The notes beneath the pieces are model-generated. The model was not told where the DNA came from. It saw nothing but the letters and a program-made list of their open reading frames with translations, and made no database searches. From Candidatus Woesebacteria bacterium (GTDB lineage Bacteria; Patescibacteriota; Microgenomatia; UBA8517): a stretch of 64,000 nucleotides of DNA. The position numbers and the translations under genes are program-made. Position 1 is the stretch's first letter, and each line of letters begins with the position of its first letter. The stretch is taken from the NCBI GenBank assembly GCA_016700095.1, contig CP065002.1, forward strand, positions 1,060,145 to 1,124,144. The letters are read 5' to 3'. Shown piece after piece: positions 57,109 to 64,000 of the stretch.

Positions 57109-59027
57109 TCGTTTACTCTTCCACAAAAAGAAACTTCAATCTAGATGTTACGACAAATCAAATCGAAAAGTCTATATTGTCATCTTTTGTAAGAGAATTA
57201 GGGCATTCAACGGGTAAATCAGAAGTCGCATCATGGAGAAACTCCATGCTATATATGAACAATATTGTTTCGGATCCTGAAATTCCTGATGATACAGGAG
57301 TAGCAATTGAGTATAAAATTCCACGGACGACAAAAAGAATTGACTTCATATTAACTGGTGCAAATTCCGAACATAAAAAAACCGCCATACTCATCGAACT
57401 AAAACAGTGGAGCGATGGTGTTGCGATATCCGACAAAGATGGAATTGTAAGTACGAAGTTTTTCGGAGAAGTTAATCATCCCTCTTATCAAATATGGTCT
57501 TATGCAATGCTTTTGAAGGATTACAATTCCAATGTACAGGAACAAGACATTGCACTAAAACCATGTGCTTATCTACACAACTATGATCGTGACAATAATG
57601 ACGGTGACACTGTCATTGAAAATGAATTTTATAACGAATATCTTACTAAAGCACCTGTTTTCTTAAGGGAAGACATGCTGAAACTTCAAACATTTATCAA
57701 AAAATATGTGAAATATGGAGATAATGGAGATGTTATATATGCAATCGAAAACGGGAAGATACGTCCATCAAAAGCGCTTGCCGACAGTTTATCTTCAATG
57801 CTTGAGGGTAACAAGGAGTTTATTTTAATTGACGATCAAAAACTAGTATACGAAACCGCATTGAAGCTTGCCAGAGAATCAAATGAAAGCAACAAGAATG
57901 TTTTGATAGTGGAAGGTGGACCGGGAACTGGCAAGTCAGTAGTTGCGATTAACTTACTCACTGAATTAACCAATCGTGGACAAGTAACACAGTACGTAAC
58001 CAGAAATTCTGCACCTCGTGAAGTCTATCAGATTAAACTAACTGGGAAATTTACAAAATCTAGGATATCGAATTTATTTAGTTCATCTGGATCTTTTTAC
58101 AACATTGAACAAAATACATTTGATTCTCTGATCATAGATGAAGCTCACAGACTTAATGAAAAGTCTGGATTATTTAACCATCTTGGTGAAAATCAAATCA
58201 AAGAACTAATTAGTGCTGCAAAATTTAGTGTCTTTTTCATAGACGAGGACCAAAGAGTAACTTTAAAAGACGTCGGTAATATTTCAGATATCGAAACTAC
58301 CGCTGAACTACTCGGGGCAAAAGTACATAATCTTAAGTTAGCTTCTCAATTTCGCTGTAACGGATCAGATGGATATCTTGCATGGGTCGATAATACGCTA
58401 CAAATTCGAGAAACGGCAAACGAAACACTAGAAGATATTGATTATGATTTTAGAGTATTAGACAATCCGAATGCTGTTCATCAATTAATTATTGAAAATA
58501 ATAATGATAATAAATCCCGAGTGCTTGCAGGATACTGCTGGAATTGGGTAAGTAAAAATTCCCCAGAGTTGAAGGACATAATCATTGGTGATTACAAAGC
58601 CACTTGGAACCTTAATAAACACGGTCAAGCCTGGATTATTCATCCTGATTCCGTCAATGAGGTAGGGTGTATTCACACATCTCAAGGCCTTGAACTTGAC
58701 TATGTTGGGGTTATCATTGGCCCAGATCTAGTAATTCGCGATAACGAAGTTATAACTGATGCAAGTAAACGGGCAAGAACTGATAAATCCATCTTTGGAT
58801 ATAAAAAGATGTTGAATCAAAATCCTGTAAAAGCCCGAGAAATCACTGACATGATAATTAAAAACACTTATCGAACTCTGATGACAAGAGGCATGAAGGG
58901 TTGCTATGTTTATTGCACAGACACAGAAACACAAGAGTATTTTCGCAATAAACTTAGATCAAAAAAAACAGCTGGTACTGATTACGGAAGTATTCCATCA
59001 GGTGTTTCCGTTAACACTGATAAGTAG
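57105..59027 (+). CDS. DUF2075-type protein: an N-terminal PD-(D/E)xK-like nuclease domain fused to an SF1-like P-loop ATPase/helicase core
   Basis: N-terminal RIDFILTG...ILIELKQW has a D...ExK pattern. Walker A VEGGPGTGKSVVA. Walker B/DEAH-like LIIDEAHRL. The start overlaps the MazG-like stop by 4 nt. Confidence 0.7.
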   Translation: MIVYSSTKRNFNLDVTTNQIEKSILSSFVRELGHSTGKSEVASWRNSMLYMNNIVSDPEIPDDTGVAIEYKIPRTTKRIDFILTGANSEHKKTAILIELKQWSDGVAISDKDGIVSTKFFGEVNHPSYQIWSYAMLLKDYNSNVQEQDIALKPCAYLHNYDRDNNDGDTVIENEFYNEYLTKAPVFLREDMLKLQTFIKKYVKYGDNGDVIYAIENGKIRPSKALADSLSSMLEGNKEFILIDDQKLVYETALKLARESNESNKNVLIVEGGPGTGKSVVAINLLTELTNRGQVTQYVTRNSAPREVYQIKLTGKFTKSRISNLFSSSGSFYNIEQNTFDSLIIDEAHRLNEKSGLFNHLGENQIKELISAAKFSVFFIDEDQRVTLKDVGNISDIETTAELLGAKVHNLKLASQFRCNGSDGYLAWVDNTLQIRETANETLEDIDYDFRVLDNPNAVHQLIIENNNDNKSRVLAGYCWNWVSKNSPELKDIIIGDYKATWNLNKHGQAWIIHPDSVNEVGCIHTSQGLELDYVGVIIGPDLVIRDNEVITDASKRARTDKSIFGYKKMLNQNPVKAREITDMIIKNTYRTLMTRGMKGCYVYCTDTETQEYFRNKLRSKKTAGTDYGSIPSGVSVNTDK

Positions 59028-59030
59028 TTA

Positions 59031-59723
59031 ATGACCAAAAAAACTATTCAAAAGCATATTGGAGAAGGCCACCGAAAAAGACTGAGGGATAAATTTTTAA
59101 ACGCTGGTCTTGACGGATTTTTGGATTATGAAGTTGTTGAATTACTACTAACTCTTGGCACCCCTAGAAAAGATTGTAAACAACCCGCAAAAGAAGCAGT
59201 AAAAAAATTCAAAGGACTACTGGGTGTATTGGATTCATCACTGGAGGAATTGCAACAAATAAAAGGTATTGGACCTTCAAACGCATTTGGAATCAAGCTA
59301 TTTCAAGCAGTGTCTAAACGATACACTAAAGAAAAACTTACACCCACAACACTTCTTAATTCACCGCAATCAATATTTGAATATTTAAGAGAGCGAATAG
59401 GGAAAGAAAAAAAAGAACACTTTTCAATTATGTGTCTCGACACTCGCAGTAATTTAATCATCGAAGACGTATCAGTTGGAATTCTCAATGCCAGCCTTGT
59501 CCATCCTCGTGAGGTTTTCAAAAAAGCAATTCTCAATAATTCATCTTATGTTGTACTTGCACACAATCACCCGTCTGGTGATCCAACTCCGTCCAGTGAT
59601 GATATTATAACTACGAGAAGACTTGTTGAATCCGGCAAGATTCTTGGCATTACAGTTGTCGATCATCTAATTATTACTAAAAATGAATTTGTCAGCTTGA
59701 AAGAGAAAGGCTTCATTCAATAG
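59031..59723 (+). CDS. radC: RadC-like JAB/MPN domain protein
   Basis: N-terminal HhH LQQIKGIGPSNAFGIKL. JAMM motif HNHPSGDPTPSSDD. Only 4 nt after the DUF2075 gene. Confidence 0.85.
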   Translation: MTKKTIQKHIGEGHRKRLRDKFLNAGLDGFLDYEVVELLLTLGTPRKDCKQPAKEAVKKFKGLLGVLDSSLEELQQIKGIGPSNAFGIKLFQAVSKRYTKEKLTPTTLLNSPQSIFEYLRERIGKEKKEHFSIMCLDTRSNLIIEDVSVGILNASLVHPREVFKKAILNNSSYVVLAHNHPSGDPTPSSDDIITTRRLVESGKILGITVVDHLIITKNEFVSLKEKGFIQ

Positions 59724-59912
59724 GAGCTAATCTACATAACCATCCAGTAATTCGCTCGAACCTCCAGAATGTCTAATAAAACAAAATCTTCTCTTTTCTT
59801 GGGCAACAACTATGTTACAACATCATTCACAACACATTGAAGCACAGCACTACGGCTTCGTCGTAGTGGCTATCTTTAATTGATGAAAATATTCCTATAA
59901 ATATCTGACGAC

Positions 59913-61298
59913 ATGAGAAGTAATAAAATTTTGTATAATAGCGTCATGGAAGCACAGGAATTTAATAAAACAATAAAAAGTATTAGTAATTCTTCAATAA
60001 AGGAGCTTTATCTCCTTATGGATAAAAATAAATTAACTTCAGATAAGAAAATCTACGACTATTTTGTTAATACAAGTTTTGAAAAAGTTTTAGAAATCAC
60101 AACTGAAGCATATATCATAACAACCACAACTAACAATTATATAAATCCATCATTATTTAACTTCTCAGCATCCATTTCCTTAAGCGGTGGAGATAAATCC
60201 TGTGGTGCATGGGAATGTAGAATAAATAAAGTACAGGAAATAGCAGCTTTTTCTTCACTTTATGCCGATACTCTGACTCTTCATAATCCTTTTGACTTTG
60301 TGTATTTCTATATAAATCCTGTAAACAACTTTCGCATTGCTGAAAGAAAATTTAGAAACGAGTCTATAGTTGCTTTTTCAATAGCATTAAACTTCAAATA
60401 CCTAATTGAAAGAAAGCTAATGTTGTTTTCTAAAACAACAAATTTAATGTGTAGTGAATGTGTCACCAAAAAAGATCAATATTTATTGTCAATAGAAAAT
60501 AAATTAAAAGATATTGCAAAGAACAAACTCTATCCAATTATTAATAATTTTGACATTAAATACGGAGATAATTTCTATAATTTAGAGGGGATCAAAGATA
60601 TTCTTGGAGAGGAAATATTTAATCATTTCGAAGTTTTTCCTAAATATCTCATAAAAGATGGAATAAAAGTTAACAACACTAGACAATTAAAATATGATAA
60701 TTATTTAATACAAAATTTAATCGGAAATGCGATAAATAGTTTGTTGTTTCAAAAATTTGGGAACATTAATGCAGTCAGTCAAACTTATCTGACAACAAAT
60801 TTGTTTGAATCAAGATTATTAGAAAATCTAGGAAGTACATCGGAAAACAACACTCTGAATCTTTTAGCACATGGATTACCTGTATTACAGAGTAAATCAC
60901 TTGAAGATATAATAAAAATTAGAGAAAAACATAAAGATGAATTCATCTCATTTAGAGAACATCTTTATGATATTTTAGAAAAAGCTAGTTTCTTTAAAAC
61001 ACAAGTTGAATATAACGCTTTTGTAAACAATAAATTATACTCTGAATTGAAAGATCTTATACAAATTCAGAATGAAGCAAAAAAGAAATTTATAAGAAAA
61101 GGATTCATTACAGGAGTTTTTTTGAGTGCTATTGCTATCCCAACAGCAATAGATCCATCTACCAAAGATATTATATCAACACTCTTAACTATATATAATT
61201 GTAAGGAATTTTATAATAGCGTTACTGAAAAAGAAAAACAAATTACTGAATTGCCTATATATTTCTATTTTAGACTTACAGAATCTTTGTCTGAATAA
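59913..61298 (+). CDS. Hypothetical protein (461 aa)
   Basis: ORF only. Asn/Lys-rich. Confidence 0.45.
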   Translation: MRSNKILYNSVMEAQEFNKTIKSISNSSIKELYLLMDKNKLTSDKKIYDYFVNTSFEKVLEITTEAYIITTTTNNYINPSLFNFSASISLSGGDKSCGAWECRINKVQEIAAFSSLYADTLTLHNPFDFVYFYINPVNNFRIAERKFRNESIVAFSIALNFKYLIERKLMLFSKTTNLMCSECVTKKDQYLLSIENKLKDIAKNKLYPIINNFDIKYGDNFYNLEGIKDILGEEIFNHFEVFPKYLIKDGIKVNNTRQLKYDNYLIQNLIGNAINSLLFQKFGNINAVSQTYLTTNLFESRLLENLGSTSENNTLNLLAHGLPVLQSKSLEDIIKIREKHKDEFISFREHLYDILEKASFFKTQVEYNAFVNNKLYSELKDLIQIQNEAKKKFIRKGFITGVFLSAIAIPTAIDPSTKDIISTLLTIYNCKEFYNSVTEKEKQITELPIYFYFRLTESLSE

Positions 61299-61556
61299 AG
61301 TATATTTACTAAAATGTGAACGTTAATGACCGCAGCCTCAAGAAAAGACCATACTTTACCCCTTAGTCACCACATTTTCGTCATTCGCGCTTACTCTTGG
61401 GAATCCTTGTTATAATTCACTAAACTGAACCGAGGGTAATAATCTACATATTACTCAACAACTCTAATTAATTACTTACCAAAGCACAAGAGGCGTAGGA
61501 ACAATATCGTCAATTTGACCCTATAGTGCGTATTTTGTGCTCATCTATAGTATAAT

Positions 61557-62279
61557 TTGCATATTATGACAATTGAGATAAACGGTAAAGAATATAACAC
61601 TTATCAAGCCAGAAGGGGTCAAAAATACATTGATTCATTATTCCTTGAGTCACGAACAAAAAATAAACCCCTTGATAACGCGATAAGACAAGTATTGCAA
61701 CAACAAGTAGAGTCAATACATGGACCGATTGAGTTTTATGCGCACGACTCAGCTGATGTCAGTGAACCTCGAATTGTCACACTAAAAAATGTGAATAGAT
61801 CAACGGGTGGATTTAGATCATTTTTTGCAGACGGTGCGAGAGTACTTGATATCGGTAGCGGAGCAGGTTTAGCAGTAAGTGAGTTTTCTATGGCTTTTCC
61901 TAAAACAGACTTCATCGGGGTGGATAATGGTTACACATCAGAGTTAGTTCCAGCCTATCCTGATTATGGTAAGTTTGTTTGTGCTGATTGGAACAACTTA
62001 CCGTTTGCACCAAATACTTTTACCGGTTTTTTGTCAGCAGAATCATTTCCCAAACATGCTGTTCCGATAGAAAAGCATGCGGCGACTTTTCAGCAAATAA
62101 CAAGAATTGCTCAACCTGGGGCCGTTTGGAGAGGAACAAATCAAGATAATTTGCAAATATCGTTTGGCCATAAAAATACAAATTATCGTAGAGAGTTTCT
62201 AGATAATATGCATCAAAACGGATGGGATGTATTTTTGACAAATCATATATTTATCGCAAAGCTTACAGGTAAACAATAA
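61557..62279 (+). CDS. Class I SAM-dependent methyltransferase (substrate unknown)
   Basis: Motif I VLDIGSGAGLAV. Motif II/III region FIGVDNG...FVCADWNNLPF. Confidence 0.7.
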   Translation: MHIMTIEINGKEYNTYQARRGQKYIDSLFLESRTKNKPLDNAIRQVLQQQVESIHGPIEFYAHDSADVSEPRIVTLKNVNRSTGGFRSFFADGARVLDIGSGAGLAVSEFSMAFPKTDFIGVDNGYTSELVPAYPDYGKFVCADWNNLPFAPNTFTGFLSAESFPKHAVPIEKHAATFQQITRIAQPGAVWRGTNQDNLQISFGHKNTNYRREFLDNMHQNGWDVFLTNHIFIAKLTGKQ

Positions 62280-63595
62280 TCGTTTAACCAGCCCCAGATG
62301 GAGATGATGATGGAATCCCTTGTGAATATTTGTGTAGGTAATTAAATCCCACAATGCCCTTTCGTTATATTGGGGAGCTACACACCCGTCGGGTGAGCTA
62401 TTGGCTGACAAAGTTAAAATACCTCTTCAATACGTTATAAACTAGCTAAATTATTATCACGTTTCGGAACCAGAAGGCGTTTTTTCAGATTTACCAAGTT
62501 CTTTTCTCCAGTCCATGACTTGTTTGAAAACCCTTTCTTTCGTTCGATCACTAATTTCGGGTGAAGCATGTATCTCAAGGAGAAAACTTTGGGCTAATAA
62601 AGATCCTGGAGTTGCCACTACACCACCTACTTTTCCAGGCTTATCTTTATTTTCTGCTGTCATACCGCAATTATACACATAGTGTAAGATAGTACAAATA
62701 ATTACATACCCCTCGGGTGAACTACGACTTTCGTATCAGGTCAAAATCAATCTTGTAATAATAACTTAAACAATCTACAATTCCCACATTATGAGAAGAG
62801 AAGTATTACTTGATGACTATGACGCCGCACAAGTCGCAGCCGCCGAAGAACTATATAAACGACGTAAGTCCGGTTTCGTACCTGGTTTGGGCGGGTTAGT
62901 TAACGAACTTTCAAAGGTAAGTGACCACAGAAAGGTCGAAGGGGTAATTTCTGGTTGGGATAACTGAAAGCATTTTAGACTTCCCGAACCAAAAATAAAA
63001 ACTCAAATTGATTGGTACTAATCAATGATTATCGTTTTTCCAGCAGAGACAATAAACAGCATCTTTTGTGGAAATTTGTGTAAATAATAAATTAGGAGAA
63101 TTATATCAGTAGAAATTAGGTTGATTAAACCACAGGACACCCTTTACATCTGCTTATCCCATTTTTTCGTCTTTCTAAAGTTTTTATTTGTCTTTGCATA
63201 TCACCTGCTCTTTTACCAAGTGCAATAACTTGATCAAGATCATTTGAATTTTGTATCCTTGTGCCTATTCCATCTAATAATAGATTTAATCCGTTAATTT
63301 CGTTCGCTAGTCCGACAACCGGACATTCATTATGGCCTGGCAATTCACAACTCATACCTATAGTATAGACCAAAACTATATAAATTCAACAAATAATTTT
63401 ACCCAATTAACCCGATTTAGAAAATTGTTGAAACTTCTACAAGCTTACGCTTAAGGATCTTAGAATAAGAAGTGGTACACAAGTTTTTAAAAATGTTTTG
63501 TATTCAAACTAACTTAAATAGGCAATATTTTCCCAAACTTTGGCAAACAACAATCAAAAGAGTTAAAATAGAGATAATATCTATTGTAAATTAAT

Positions 63596-64000
63596 ATGGA
63601 TTACAAATTATCACCATCAGATTTTGCATATCTTTACGAAGAATGTAAATTATGTTATTGCCTTAAAATTAAACAAGGTATTTATCAACCAAGCATGCCG
63701 ATGCCCGGAGTTTTCTCGGCAATAAATACAAGACTTCAGGGAAAACTGGTAGGAATAAATCTTAAAGAACTATCCTCTGACTTACCGGATGGTGAAGTAA
63801 TTGCGCAGGAAGGTTGGGTCGAGTCAATTCTGGTTCCCGATACCTCGGTTTTTATTAAAGGAAAATATGATTTATTAGTTAAAAATCCGGACGGCACACA
63901 TACTTTGGTTGATCTAAAAATCAGCCAACAAAGTGATGACAAAATAGATAAGTACAAAACTCAATTAACCGCATATAAATTTGCTTTAGAAAATCCTAAG
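63596..64000 (+). CDS. Partial (3'-truncated) protein with an N-terminal Cys cluster and a PD-(D/E)xK-like motif
   Basis: EECKLCYC near the N-terminus. GKYDLLVKNPDGTHTLVDLKIS has a D...(D/E)xK pattern. The ORF runs off the end of the window. Confidence 0.35.
   Translation, partial: MDYKLSPSDFAYLYEECKLCYCLKIKQGIYQPSMPMPGVFSAINTRLQGKLVGINLKELSSDLPDGEVIAQEGWVESILVPDTSVFIKGKYDLLVKNPDGTHTLVDLKISQQSDDKIDKYKTQLTAYKFALENPK

Noticed and set aside
62280-63600. Several small ORFs (62457-, 62791+, 63125-) in a 1.3-kb gene-poor stretch
   Set aside because: They are short, lack clear ribosome-binding sites and motifs, and I could not support coding status. The region may hold regulatory or non-coding elements, but no structure I could name.

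Overview
This is a low-GC bacterial window with compact housekeeping genes; a candidate-phyla-radiation/Patescibacteria-like host is my inference only. Three parts are visible.

(1) 0-16.4 kb, housekeeping. A frameshifted SAM methyltransferase, a HAD hydrolase, and a decayed GIY-YIG gene plus tandem repeats beside tRNA-Glu. Then Lon protease, a PAP2 phosphatase, an L,D-transpeptidase, DgkA, UppP, two divergently arranged TruB-family pseudouridine synthases, class I fructose-bisphosphate aldolase, a phosphodiester-glycosidase-domain protein, tRNA-Arg and a large membrane protein.

(2) 16.4-44.4 kb, mobile-looking island. tRNA-Gln is preceded by three 124-bp tandem copies of its own promoter/5' region. 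A large serine recombinase follows, then a long minus-strand copper-resistance cargo: two P1B ATPases, a Met-rich multicopper oxidase, CopZ, a permease-cupredoxin fusion, a DsbA-like protein, a BlaI/BlaR1(M56)-like pair, CsoR, cupredoxin-like and beta-propeller proteins. A palindromic operator TACTAC-N5-GTAGTA occurs four times in this cargo. The island continues with phage terminase small and large subunits, two DNA methyltransferases (one ParB-fused), and a 1026-aa DEAH SF2 helicase with a C-terminal nuclease-like region.

(3) 44.4-64 kb, mixed accessory and housekeeping. RsgA, an overlapping CYTH-HAD(Cof) gene pair, an IS200/RAYT-like Y1 transposase flanked by hairpins, DUF1653, an SDR dehydrogenase, and an intact GIY-YIG nuclease embedded in a dense hairpin/short-repeat cluster. 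A tight operon follows: DUF3800, MazG-like, DUF2075 nuclease-ATPase, RadC/JAB, a 461-aa unknown and a SAM methyltransferase. I read it as a candidate undescribed defence locus.

The two most promising uncharacterised candidates are the helicase-nuclease with its flanking unknown genes and the DUF3800-MazG-DUF2075-RadC operon. No CRISPR array or rRNA was seen.
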